This document shows positions 13,061 to 25,010 of a DNA stretch of 64,000 nt, piece by piece. Position 1 is the first letter of the stretch; every line of letters begins with the position of its first letter. Below the pieces are notes generated by a model. The model ran no database searches. It was given only the letters and a program-made list of their open reading frames with translations, and had not been told where the DNA came from. The position numbers and the translations under genes are program-made. Origin of the DNA: Carpediemonas membranifera BICM (Eukaryota > Protista > Fornicata); the NCBI GenBank assembly GCA_019828565.1, contig JAHDYR010000014.1, positions 1 through 64,000 on the forward strand, in the 5' to 3' direction.

Positions 13061-13096
13061 CCCACCATCCACCAACCCCCCCTCCAGTGCCCGAAG

Positions 13097-15010
13097 ATGA
13101 GACCCTTCCCGTGCATCAACAGCCGCTGGACCCTTTGGGAGCGCTTACACGCGCCATCCGAGGTGGTCTCGTGGCTACGAGAGGGTATCCCCATCTCGGT
13201 GAGTGCGCGGCCGAGGCACCCCAGCCTTCCTTCACCGCGGCCGAGGGATCGAAAGGCCTTCCGAGATCATCTAAGGACGCTGCTCGCCTTGGGAGCGGCC
13301 AGCCCGTGCCGGGCACCGAGTCTCATCTCGCCAATCTTCACCGTGCCGAAGACACCTGTAGAGACGCGCCTCATTCACGATCTGAGGTCACTCAATGCAG
13401 TGTCGCTCGAGAGAAGGTCGTTCCGGCTTCGAGGCGTCAGGCAAGCCATCTGCCAGATGAGAGAGAACGACTACATGACGCGCATCGACCTGACAAAGGG
13501 GTACTATCAGCTGGGCATCCGACCGCAGGACCGGACACTCCTGGGCTTTGTGGTAGACGGGCGCCCCTACTGCTTCAACGTCCTGCCGTTTGGATGGAGC
13601 GCGGCACCCTACCACTTTCAACGGGTCATGATGACCGCCGGACAGATTGTCGCGCGTGCCTTCCCGGGTATCAACCTGACGATATACCTAGACGACTGGC
13701 TTTTCTGCGGTCCGAAAGCCCTGTTAGAGTCGTCGATGCCGGGGATAGTTCGGTTGCTTACGGACCTAGGCCTCGTAATCAACCGGGAGAAATCCCAGTT
13801 GACACCATCGCCCACGACGACTTTCCTTGGCTTCGTGCTCGACTCGAGGAAGCATGGAGTCTCCCTTCAGGAGGAGAAGCGCCACAAGTACCTGTCCAGA
13901 GTGGAGGAGGCTCTCCAGCAGGGCGTCACCTTCCACAGCCTGCAGAGACTCCTCGGGAACCTGGGCTTTGCGTCGATAGTCTGGCCAGAGGGCCGGGCGG
14001 CCATCAGACCTATCCAACGCTGCTTGGCCAACATCAAGGCCCGATACAGGACGAGAGTCCATGGCGAGGCAGAGGCGGCCCTCATCGATTGGCAAGCCCG
14101 CCTGAGTCGCCCTTCCCCAGTCCGCAGCTTCTTGGAGCTCACCCACTTGTGGGGCATGTCCCCGAAGCTTCAGGTTACGGTGATGACGGACGCCTCGGAG
14201 GCCGGCCTCGGCGGAGTCCTCCTGATCCCAGGCCAGGACCCTCACACCTTCGCTGTTTCGGCCCCGAAGGGGGAGCATATCACCCTGCTAGAGTTTCGAG
14301 CCCTCTGCCAGGCTGTGGAGCTCACTCTCCAACACCTTCGAGACCCGAGCGAGATCACTATCTTCTCGGATTCTGTTGCGGCGGTGGCCTGGTGGAACCA
14401 CCAGGGGTCTACAAAGGCGCCAGAGGTGGTGGACCAGACCCTCCGAGCCCTGCTGCCCACGCTCAGCAGGCGACAGATCAGGGTCAGGGCCGTGCACGTG
14501 TCAGGTCACCTCAACGTCACTGCCGACGCCTTATCTCGATCCGAGACATTATCACCACCCAGACGGATGCTCGAGCGCATAATCACGACGTGGGGCCCGG
14601 TTCAAGGAGAGATATGGCCCTCCGGGTGGCTTGGAGCAAAGCAGGACGCGACAGAGGCCTCCGGGAGCATACAGTTCATGGACAAGGACTGGTCAGTCGG
14701 CAGGTGGCTGGCAGTAGTCCCGTTCAGCCTGCTGCTGGAGGTCTATTCGAAGTTGCAACGCCTCCAGATGGACCATCCCAGCTCCCCCTCAGCATGTCCG
14801 GATGCTCTGGTCTTGCTTGTGTCGGACAGCCGCTCTCCAACAGCGATGGCACTGAGAGAGCTCTCGGAGCACCGGCTCTACTTCAGGATTCGGAAGGAGG
14901 AGGCAGACCTGTCGGAGGTCACACCGCTCCAGTCGGACGGGACGTTCAGGCTCATGGCCCTCTTCATGGTCATCAGGTCTTCGACCAGGCCGTCAGCAGT
15001 GACATGCTAG
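13097..15010 (+). CDS. DIRS reverse transcriptase + RNase H + degenerate methyltransferase-like domain
   Basis: RT: SPIFTVPK, RLIHDLRSLN, IDLTKGYYQ, LPFGWSAAP, YLDD. RNase H: TDAS, HITLLE, FSDS, HVSGHLNVTADALSR. Confidence 0.93.
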   Translation: MRPFPCINSRWTLWERLHAPSEVVSWLREGIPISVSARPRHPSLPSPRPRDRKAFRDHLRTLLALGAASPCRAPSLISPIFTVPKTPVETRLIHDLRSLNAVSLERRSFRLRGVRQAICQMRENDYMTRIDLTKGYYQLGIRPQDRTLLGFVVDGRPYCFNVLPFGWSAAPYHFQRVMMTAGQIVARAFPGINLTIYLDDWLFCGPKALLESSMPGIVRLLTDLGLVINREKSQLTPSPTTTFLGFVLDSRKHGVSLQEEKRHKYLSRVEEALQQGVTFHSLQRLLGNLGFASIVWPEGRAAIRPIQRCLANIKARYRTRVHGEAEAALIDWQARLSRPSPVRSFLELTHLWGMSPKLQVTVMTDASEAGLGGVLLIPGQDPHTFAVSAPKGEHITLLEFRALCQAVELTLQHLRDPSEITIFSDSVAAVAWWNHQGSTKAPEVVDQTLRALLPTLSRRQIRVRAVHVSGHLNVTADALSRSETLSPPRRMLERIITTWGPVQGEIWPSGWLGAKQDATEASGSIQFMDKDWSVGRWLAVVPFSLLLEVYSKLQRLQMDHPSSPSACPDALVLLVSDSRSPTAMALRELSEHRLYFRIRKEEADLSEVTPLQSDGTFRLMALFMVIRSSTRPSAVTC

Positions 15011-15909
15011 CCAGATTCAAGGACAAGAGACACGTGGCCGGGGTCTTGCAGCAGTTCGCTGACTTCCGCGACAGCCACACCGAGGCCCGTGGCGACACCG
15101 AGCTCGTTCGAATGTGGGCACACGACCAGGCGGAGAGGGTGGCTCGCCCCACCATCATGTCGAAGTGGAACCTAATAGTGAGGTTCTTCGACCGGGTTGT
15201 CCCCTGGGAGGTCCCCGTGGACGGCACGGCGGTGGTTATCGAGCAGGCGAGAGACGCGCTTGGTCGACCGAGGGGCCCAGCCCTGCCCATCAGGGCCCAG
15301 ATGTTAGCAAGACTCCACGCCTCCACGCCGGAGGCCCGCCGGCAGGCCCTATGGAGAGAGGCGTTCGCCTTCGCGCTCACCATCTACGCCACCACATCGC
15401 GGCCTATGGAGATATTCTCTTTGCGGATGAGGGACGTGTCCACTGATGGTCGGCGAGGGCTGCGAGTGGCAATACAGGGCACAAAGACGCGGCGTGAGGT
15501 CATAGAGAAGCTGGTACCAAGGGTCGATGGCGAGCTGGACCCTGCGCATTGGCTCTCCGAGGTCGTCGTTAATCGGATGGACGCCCACGCTGGGGAGGAG
15601 GATCCACTCTGGTCTTTTGCGTTCTCGGAGCTTGAGGACCAGATTAAGGGGATCCTTCGCTCCTCGAGGGCAAGGCTTCATGGCCTTCGCCGCGGCAGCG
15701 CGGCGGACCTGGTCCTTGCGGGCATACCCATTCCCGTCGTGGCCGCGAAGGGCACTTGGGTGGATACCAAATCACTGATACGCTATATCGAGGACGTCCT
15801 ACGCCTCGATTACAGCACTTCTGTTGCCTCGTTGAGGCCTGGAGCAGCATTGAGGAGTGCTTGCTCCAGCACGATCGCGGACCTTAGTGAGGTTGATCGT
15901 AAAACGTGA
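15004..15909 (+). CDS. Tyrosine recombinase (frame open upstream to 13087, overlapping pol)
   Basis: Catalytic set R (TTSRPMEI), K (GTKT), HxxR (HGLRRG), W (GTW), Y (LIRY). Confidence 0.9.
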   Translation: MLARFKDKRHVAGVLQQFADFRDSHTEARGDTELVRMWAHDQAERVARPTIMSKWNLIVRFFDRVVPWEVPVDGTAVVIEQARDALGRPRGPALPIRAQMLARLHASTPEARRQALWREAFAFALTIYATTSRPMEIFSLRMRDVSTDGRRGLRVAIQGTKTRREVIEKLVPRVDGELDPAHWLSEVVVNRMDAHAGEEDPLWSFAFSELEDQIKGILRSSRARLHGLRRGSAADLVLAGIPIPVVAAKGTWVDTKSLIRYIEDVLRLDYSTSVASLRPGAALRSACSSTIADLSEVDRKT

Positions 15910-16413
15910 TGATATTGAGTTCCTTATAGTGTAGGGAGATACCTTTGAGAGGTTACGCACGGATTCTAGCGAAACTACGGCGATATACGCTCAAAAGAGA
16001 GAGAAAATATCAAAAGTGCCGTATCTCGGCAACCAGGCGGTGTTGAGACCTCTAGGCACGTTTTTCGAGCTCTCCACCTGCACGGGTGGAATACAGAGGA
16101 ACCGTCGGGAGGTTTAAGAATCCAAGATGATGTGCGCCAAATTTGATCCAGTCAAATGATGGATAGAGAAAATGAGCCAGGGATCGTGGCGGCGACGAGT
16201 CCCGGATGGTTAAGACAGAGTCTGCCGACTCGTCAGCTCGTCTGACTACTTTCCCAGGTTGTCCGAACGACACGCGACTCCGCGGAACTTGGGGTAACCA
16301 CTCTCGCGCAGGGGCAGGGGATGCGTTATGCGATGCGGCGATGGGGCGGGAGGCGCAGGGGGGCTCGGGGACGACGCAGCCTAGAGTGGCCAAGTCAGCC
16401 GAGTCGCGACTCC

Positions 16414-19400
16414 AGATTTCTGTGCAGGGACCTGGTTATAGGTTGAGCTCGGCCCAGCGGGCCTTGCACTGGCTGACATAGTCACTCCAGATGCTGAGGT
16501 TGCCCTCCCAGGCCTTCAGGAAGGCCGTGTCGCGCATGGTTCCCGCCAGGTGCGGCCGTGCAATGGCGTCGCAAAACTGCACCGCCCAGTCCGCGGTCAG
16601 GCGGGACTCCGTGGCGCCGCCGACGGTGGTGGCGGCGACCAGGAAGGTGACGTCCCAGTTGGCGTACTCCCGGGTCTTCTCGGTCTCGGCGTCGCGGGGG
16701 TGAAGACCGCAGTAGAAGTCGACGTAGACGTCGTCGTGGACGACGTTTCCGACCACGTCGCGCTCGCCCCAGACCTTGAGGTCAGCCCGCTTGTGTGTGG
16801 GGGCGTCGGCGCTCGTGACGCGGAACCTAGGGTGGGTGTCGAGCAGATCGAACTCGGGCTTGCAGTGGGGGATGGGGCGCCCGCGGAGGTCGTCCTGGGT
16901 CACGAGATCGTGCACAGCCATCTTGATGCTGTCGTGGCGTGCGTTGGTCGCGCCATCCTTCAGGTAGGAGCAGCCGAGGGCGTGGCGCCACGTGATGTCT
17001 TGCTGGCCACAGAGGGGGCAGGTGACCGGCATCTCGCGGAATGGGGCGATGTTGAGGTGCGCCCGGGTGACGGGGACGAACACGCTGTCGCAGGAGGTCT
17101 GCTCGAGGTCGAGGGGGCTCAGCGCGGCTTCTTTGCGGAGGAGTCTGGCGGCGGGGGCCTCGAGGGAGCTGCAGTCAGAGAGGCCCTGGGAGACCTCCTC
17201 GGGGTCTAGGCCGAAGTCGGCGGGTGTCTTGGGGCGGTACTTGGCCGTCCAGGCTTTTGCAAGCATCGTAGTGAGTGTCTTCTGCGGCTTTTCAGCCTCG
17301 ATGCTAAACAGTTCCTGGATGGTTTTGGGCCACTCCTGGCACTCTTCTGGAGAGAACAGCGCCGCCTCCATGTCCCGGGTGATGCCTAGGGCGTGCAGCT
17401 GGTGGGCTGCGCCCAAAAATGCACACTTCCAGATGAGCGACGGAAGAGGGATACGGAGCCCGTAGTCGGCGAAATCGAGCGCTAAACGCTCTTCGGGTAT
17501 CTTTGTGACGTCGGATACCTGAAGGATGCGTGCGATGGCAGCTCTCAGCTTCCGCTCCAGGCTTTTTGTGCGGCATTCGTGGCCAATCGGGCTCACGTTG
17601 CGAAAGATTGCCGAAGGCATCGGTAGAACGCAAGACCTGATCAGATTGACCGCCACCGAGGCCGCTTTCGGCCCCACTGCCTCGGTCATCTCGGCCACCC
17701 GCACGAGCGCGTCCTCCATGCGCGAGAAGGCCGCGTCCACAGCGTTGGCAACGCCCGCGTCGTCGCCTACGGGGATACCGAGCACCCGTCCGCTTTGTTG
17801 GCCCAGTGTCCCCGTCTTCGCCAGGACGAGGCACTTCAGTCGGTTCACCCGCATACCGACGGCTCCACACGCCGCCTCCACACGCGCGTAGAATGTATCG
17901 ATCGTCCGCTGGTCTGCCTGCCGGGGCAGCAGCCCGTACACGTCGTCCTGGTAGCCGAGGATGGTCGCACTGGGGAGTTGCGACCGGAGGCTGCCGAGGA
18001 GGGGCGTCATAGCCAGCGTGAAGAGGGCTGGGGACAGGGGGTCCCCCTGGTGGATGCCCTCTCGGCTGGCTATGACGTGCCCGGTCGGGGTCAGCAGCTT
18101 GCCCTCGCCATACATGGTGGAGAAATAGGGGGAGGGCGGCTGGGGCGTGCGCCTCGAGCACCACACGGAGGTGGGCGCGGGACACGGTTCCGTAGGCGTT
18201 AGTCATGTCAACAGCACAGACCTTGAGCCCTTCGTCGTACGCTTCCGCAATTTTCGCGGTCATAACGTCCAGGCCGCAGCTCTCGCCGAGCCCGTACTGC
18301 TCAGGGCAGACGCCGTCATTACGGAGACGCGACGAGACGGCCGAGGCGAGGACCTTCGCGGCCAGGCGCCGGAGCGCCTCGCCCATGGCGATGGGTCTGA
18401 CCCGATCTTCGCCCTTCGGCAGTGCGATGAGCCGTGCGTGAGCGAGGATACCCGTGTACTCCTCACCGGCAATGATGTCGCGCACAAGGGGCAGGAGTGC
18501 CTGCACCAACTGGCCCTTCCGGAGTCGATGAGCGAGTTTCAGATGCAAGAAGCTCAGCCCGGATGGGCCGGGGGCCGAGTCCGCTCTCATCTTCCCCAGC
18601 GCCTCGTCTACGGCCTCGAAGGTGACCTCAAAGGACGTGAGCGCGTCGGCGCGGCGTGTGAGAGCCGGCGTCTGGGGATCTCTCAGCGGGGCGGCCTGCA
18701 TCTCCTCCAGCTTCTGGTCGATCTGACCCGGCGTGAGTGTCATCTCCTCAGAGAGCAGGACCTTCATGGCGCTGGAGTAATACCCGGCGGCGGCCTTCGA
18801 GTATGCAGCTCGCTCTGGGGAGCGGGTGCGGAGGGAGATCCCCTTCTTCCCAGGGCGATATACTGTCCGCGCGTGCCGGAGAACGGCTGCCAGAGCCTCC
18901 CGCTTCCGGTTCTGCGGCGCGTTCGCCAGGGTCACGAGCAGCCGGATCAGCCCGTTCACGAATCCCGCGGCAGCCTTCCGTGAGGGCTTCGCCCGGCCGA
19001 TGCGTCCGGCTTCCGCGGGGTGAGGCAGATATGACAGCTCGATCGGCAGGTCGCCCGCGAGAGGGTCGGCCGGCGGCAGGGGCAGGAGCGCTGCTCTCGG
19101 TCTCCGTGGGGGCTGGCTGGGCCCGGCATGGGGCGGGGCCTCAGCACTAGGGTCCGGCGGAAGACCGCATGCCTCTCTCATGAAGAACACAAACCTCGGC
19201 GTGAACTGCCTGAACCCTTTGGGGAAGCTGTAGGGTGGCCGCCTGTCCGGCTCGTCCGCGAAGAGGCCCTCGAGAAGCTGTGTCCAGCGTTCACGTGACA
19301 TCCTGTGGACGCCATTCTGCCCGCCGGACACTTCTCCGACCCGGACTGCTGTCGTGAGTGTGGACCTCACCTGCTCGGCCGAGCCCCAATGAGACTCGAC

Positions 19401-20681
19401 CAGGTGGGTCGGGATGTTTGCGGTGAACCTATGCCGGAGTCGATCCAGCTTGGCAGGCTCAGCCACCCCTGGGTAGGCGTGGATGATGCTGGCCCAGGGT
19501 GCGCCTCCGTGATCTGGTTAAGAGCGCCAGGAGGGCCTGTGTACACAAATGTACGTGGTTCAGGGCCTTGGCTTGCCTGCGGCGGCGGGCGAAGGGGAGG
19601 GTTGGCTGAGTCACCACGGGCTTCGTGCCCGGTCTCTGGCTCAGCTCTCTCCCCTTCCCCGCCTTCGACGCCCGCCAGGGAGAGGAACTCGGACACTGCG
19701 GTGTCGTCGATGTTCCTCTCCTCTGGCTGGGTGGGGGCAACCTGGGCGGGGGTGGGGCTCGGGGGCCGGTCACCCTGCTGTGTGGCTGCAGGCTGCGGCC
19801 CAGTTAGGGCGACAGCGGAGTCGGTGAGGGCAGTATCGGCAGGGGTGGGGCTCGGGGGCCGGTCTCCCTGGCGTCGGGCGAAGGCATCGGCCCTCGCATA
19901 CTCGCGGGCGATGCCCGCATTCGGTGGGCTGGCTGGGCGGGGCGCATGCTGGACCCGCTTCACCAAGGCGGTTACAGACGTCGTCCTCTGAGGGCCTCGG
20001 ACAGTCTGAAGGAGGTTCATCCTTCTCGCTTTCACTGGGTCGATGGCGTGCTCGATCATACGCTCAAGAGCCTCGTTCGCACGTTCGATGGTGAGCGTTG
20101 ATGTGAACGCCTGATCAGTGGCTGCAGCGTGCAGAATGGCGACAGCATTTGCGACGTGATCGTCGCGGCGGGAAGCTTTCACCTTGTGGCCGGGGCCGAA
20201 GCGATTTGTCGCCGCGTGAACGTAGTTGGTTATCCAAACCAAGTTGCTCACCGTGAAGAAACGCTTGTAATCCGAAATAAGGCTCAATAGACGTTCTTTG
20301 TTCATGCAGATCTCAATAAAGGCCTCAGTATCCTTCGGCCAAGAGTTCTTCGAGCTGGAGGGATGGAAATCGTTAATCCACCGCAGAAGAGCAGCGAACA
20401 GCGCTAATCGCTTGTCAATAGACGTACCAGGTCCTTCATCGGATGTTAGGCAGGATTCGTCGCCTTGCGGCGGCGAATCGAGCAACTTTCCTCTGGATAC
20501 CATGGCCGAATTTACTTTCCCAGGTTGTCCGAACGACACGCGACTCCGCGGAATTTCGAGCAACCACTCTCGCGCAGGGGCAGGGGATGCGTTATGCGAT
20601 GCGGCGATGGGGCGGGAGGCGCAGGGGGGCTCGGGGACGACGCAGCCTAGAGTGGCCGAGTCAGCCGAGTCGCGACTCCGG
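16414..20681 (-). mobile_element. Retrotransposon unit 4, subfamily B with N2 N-terminus; ORF 20503-16436 with 2 indels
   Basis: ORFs 19367-20563, 17304-19466 and 16436-18166; YQDD, CPLC..H..C, RHD, RADL..VYVDF..EKTREY intact. Confidence 0.9.
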
Positions 20682-23600
20682 CATTTTGTGGGGAGGGCAG
20701 ATTATTGGTGGTGCTCGGCCCAACGGGCCTTGCACTGGGAGACATAGTCCGACCAGACGGTCTGGTTGTCCGCCCAGATGGACCAGAATACCCGGTCACG
20801 GATGGCGCCCACGAGGGCCGGCCTGCGAATCGCGGCACAGAGGCGGGCGACCCAGCACTCGGTCAGACGGGACTCAGTCTCGCCCAGAACCGTGCAGGCA
20901 GCAGGCACGAAGGTGACCTGCCAGTTGCGGTACTCGCGGAGCTTCTCTAGCTCAGCCTCCCGCGGGTGCAGGCTGACCACGAAGTCGACATAGACTTCCT
21001 CGTGGACACGGTTCCCGACCACGTCTCTCTCGCCTGCCACCATGAGGGTCGGCCACCTTGCGTCTGGGCGCTTCGGTATCGGCCTGCTGGTAGCGGGGGT
21101 GACGAGAGGTGAGCGCGACCTCGGCCTGGCAACGGGCCATGGGTCGACCTCTAACGTCGTCGTCGGTCAACACGGCGCTCACAGCGTCTCTAACATGGTT
21201 GTGACGCTCGGTGTGGGCGGTTCCCTTGGTGTGTGGGCACGAGAGGGCATGCTGCCAGGTGCAGCGCTGGGCCTGACGCAGGGGGCAAGTCTCGGGCCAC
21301 TCTTCGAACGGGGCGACATCCAGGTGTGCCCTGGCAATTGGGACAAATATTGAGCCAACAGGCTTCGATTCTAGCTCAATTGGGGTGAGTGCGGCCTCTT
21401 GCCGGAGAATTCCAGCCGCCGGGGCAGCGCGCTGGGAGGAGTCGTTCAGGGCCTGAGTGGCCGCATTGCGGTCCAAGTTGAAGTCAGACGGCGTTGATGG
21501 GCGGTGCTGGACTGTCCAGGCGTCTCTATGGTACTTTGTGAGTTGTTTCTGAGGCTTTTTGGCCTCCATCTCATAGAGTTCGTCCTTGGTCCTAGGCCAC
21601 TCTTCGGCGCCTTCAACGGTAAACAGGGCCTCGTCTAGGTGCACAGACCGGTCCGGAAGCAGCTGGTGCAGCTGGTGTTCCGTGCCCAAAAATGCGCATT
21701 TCCAGACGAGTGATGGGATTGGCATGCGGAGCCCGTAATCTCCATAATCGAGAGCCATTCTACGAGTTTTGTCTTCCAGACCATCTCTTAGTTGCAGAAT
21801 GTGCTCTACGCTGCGGCTAAGCATCTGCTCGAAGCGGGATGTCCTGCTTTCGTGCCTAATCGGCGACACAGCTCTGTAGATTGCGGATGGCATCGCAAGA
21901 ATGCATGAACGAATCATATTCAGCGCAACGCTGGCCGCAGAAGGCCCTACAGTCTCCACCATTTCCACGACGCGAGCAGTCGCCATCTCCATCTCCGAGA
22001 AGACATCATCGACAGCTCTTGCCTCACCATGAGCGTCACCAACAGGGATTCCAACGGCTCTACCGTTGACTACCCGCTGAATGGCACCCGGGGAGCCAGC
22101 AGCGCTGATCACCATACACTTAGCCGTGTTCACGCGCATGCCGATGCGGCCACAAACCTCAGCCATCCGGTCGTAGAACCGATCAACTCGTGAGGCCGGC
22201 ATGGACGCTGGCGCGATCAAGTAAGCATCGTCCTGATAGGAGACCATCCTGCACTCCTGGAACTCACCTCTGATCTGGTCCAGGACCGGCTTCATCGCCA
22301 GGGTGAACAGCAGCGGAGATATGGGGTCCCCTTGCTGGATGCCCTCCCGGGACGGGATGACAAGGCCTGTTGGTGTGATCATCTTGCCCCCGGCATACAT
22401 CGTGTGCAGGTACGGTAGCAAGACCGGGGCCCACGCCTGTGCGACCTCAGACAGATGCTGCCGACTGACGGTTCCGTACGCATTGGACATGTCAACGGCG
22501 CACAGCTGCGCACCGTCGGCGTACGCTGTCTTCAGAATGTCACCCATGCAGTCCAGGCCGCAGCTCTCGCCCAGTCCGAACTGCCCCTCGCACACACCAT
22601 CGCCAATAATCCTCAGCCCGACATCGTGGGCTAGGACCTTACCTGCGAGGCGTCTCAGGCTCTCGCCCATTGCAATGGGCCGGACCTTGGAGTCTCCCTT
22701 AGGCAGGGCAACGAGCCTCGAGTGCGACAGGATCTCAGTGTAGGGCTCCCCGTTGATGATGTCGTTGATCAGAGGCGTGACAGCAGCAACAAACTTGTGT
22801 TTGCGTAGGCGGTAGGCCAGCTTCAAGTGAAGGAAACTCAGGCCCGAGGGTCCCGGTGCCGAGTCTGCTTTGAGCCTGTCCAGGGCCCATGTCACAGACT
22901 CCGGGGTGACCTCATATGACTCCAGCGCACCCGCCCGTTGCTGTGGGTGGAAGAGACGTGGGTCTGCCATTGGCTCGGCCTGCAGCTCCACCAGCTTCTC
23001 GTCAACCTCGGTCGGGCTGAGGTCCATGTCCTCAGACAGGAGGATCTTCAGGCCACTGGAGTAGTAGCCGGCCGAGGCCTTGGTGAAGGCCGAGCGCTCC
23101 TTGGTCCGGGTCCGCAGTGTCACCTGCTTCTTGGCGGGCTTGTACACCGTCTGACCATGGGTCATGATGGCAATAAGGCCACGCCGTTTCTGCTGGGCAG
23201 GCACCTCGTTCAGGGCCTCCAACAGGTTGATGAGACCCTTCACGAATGAGACCGCACCCTTCCTTGAAGGCTTCGACTTCCCAATCCTGCCGGCCTCCGT
23301 CGGGGAGGGGAGGAACTTGAGGTCCTCTGGGAGCTCTGGAAGGATGGTCTCCGGCTGCGGGCGGGGAGCAGTGAGCCTTCTTCTGGCTGGCTGGGCCGTC
23401 CTTGGCTGCGGGACAGCTGGGAGAGCGGGGTCGACTGGCATACCCAACCCTTCCCTCATGAACGCCACGAACCTGGGTGCGAACGACTTCAGGCCTTGCG
23501 GGAACGCATACGAAGGCCGGTTCCTCGGGTGAGCCGCAAAGACCTGCTCGAGGAGAGTCGTCCAGCGTGCTCTGGACATGCGGTTCTGGCCATTTTGCCC

Positions 23601-25010
23601 CCGGGAGAGCCAGCGGACGGCGTTGACAGACGTCAGCGTCGCGACGACCTGGTCGTTGGTCGACCACATGTCTCTGTCTTCCCGCGGTACATGTGCGTCA
23701 AAGCTGCGGCGAACAGCGTCGATGGTCGTGCGGTCGAGCCACCCTGTGAGCCGGTGGGCGGGGTCAACCTGCGGCGGCGGGCGAAGGGGGAGTTGGCTGA
23801 GTCACCACGGGCTTCGTGCTCGGTCTCTGGCTCAGCTCTCTCCCCTTCCCCGCCTTCGACGCCCGCCAGGGAGAGGAACTCGGACACTGCGGTGTCGTCG
23901 ATGTTCCTCTCCTCTGGCTGGGTGGGGGCAACCTGGGCGGGGGTCTGGCGCGTGGGCCTGTCACCCTGCGGGGCGAGTTGCGGGCTGCGGCCCAGTTTGG
24001 GCGGCAGCGGAGTCGGTGGGGGCAGCATCGGCAGGGGTGGGGTCGGTAGACCGGTCATCCCGCTGGGCGGCTGCGGGCTGCGGCCCAGTTAGGGCGGCAG
24101 CGGAGTCGGTGGGGGCAGCATCGGCAGGGGTGGGGCTCGGGGGCCTATCACCCTGCTGTTGACGGTCTGCGCGGCCAGCAGCTACGCGACACGCGTATGC
24201 TTCTGCCTCGAGGAAGGCAGTGCGGTCTCGCGCAGGGCTTGCCGGGCGGGCCTCCCTCGACACGGCTGATCAGTTGGGCGTATGACTGACGCCCGGTCTT
24301 GGCGCGGCGAGCGGCGATCTCGGACGGGCGGAGCGGACGAGGGTGCTCCCTCATGAGCTGCTCATCGGTCCTTCTGCCCCGTATCACGCGCTCGAGGGCC
24401 TCGTTGGCACGATCAATCGAGATCGTAGCAGTGAACACCTGGTTGGTGGCTGCGGCGTGAAGAAGTGAAGTGGCATTGGCGATGTGGTCATCACGGCGGG
24501 ATGCCTTCGGCTTATGGCCTGGCCCGAAGCGGTTTGTGGCCGCATGAACGTAGTCCGTGATCAAAGAAAGGTTGTTGATCGTGAAGAAGCGTTTGTTGTC
24601 CGTCACAAGGCGCAATAAACGATCTTTGTTCATACAAACCTCGATGAAGGCCTCAGCGTTCTTCGGCCACGAGCCTTTCGGGCAGTGCTGACGAATTTCT
24701 TCCATTACGCGCAGGAGCGCAGCGAACAGCGCTAGTTTCAGGTAATTCGTGTCACCTGGTCCGTCATCGGATGTATGGCAGGATTCGTCGCCTTGCGGCG
24801 GCGAATCGAGCAACTTTCCCTCTGGATACCATGGCCGAATTTACTTTCCCAGGTTGTCCGAACAACACGCGACTCCGCGGAATTTCGAGCAACTACTCTC
24901 GCGCAGGGGCAGGGGATGCGTTATGCGATGCGGCGATGGGGCGGGAGGCGCAGGGGGGCTCGGGGACGACGCAGCCTAGAGTGGCCGAGTCAGCCGAGTC
25001 GCGACTCCGG
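20682..25010 (-). mobile_element. Retrotransposon unit 5, subfamily A; ORF 24832-20702 with indels and CPLC changed to CPLR
   Basis: 905-aa ORF 20952-23669 plus flanking pieces. Confidence 0.9.

Larger units (their letters stand above)
12768..16246 (+). mobile_element. DIRS-type tyrosine-recombinase retrotransposon, 5'-deleted (gag tail, RT-RNaseH-MT-like, YR)
   Basis: Overlapping RT/RH and YR ORFs, bounded on both sides by non-LTR array sequence. Confidence 0.88.

Noticed and set aside
12284-13075. Minus-strand ORF with VRRVT/VRRVI repeats fused to RT
   Set aside because: Chance read-through across the DIRS junction; antisense of the 15-bp repeat.
16215-16246. CTGACGA on the minus strand as a hammerhead core
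   Set aside because: It is followed by a GAGTC-GGCA-GACTC hairpin but lacks the required GAAA.
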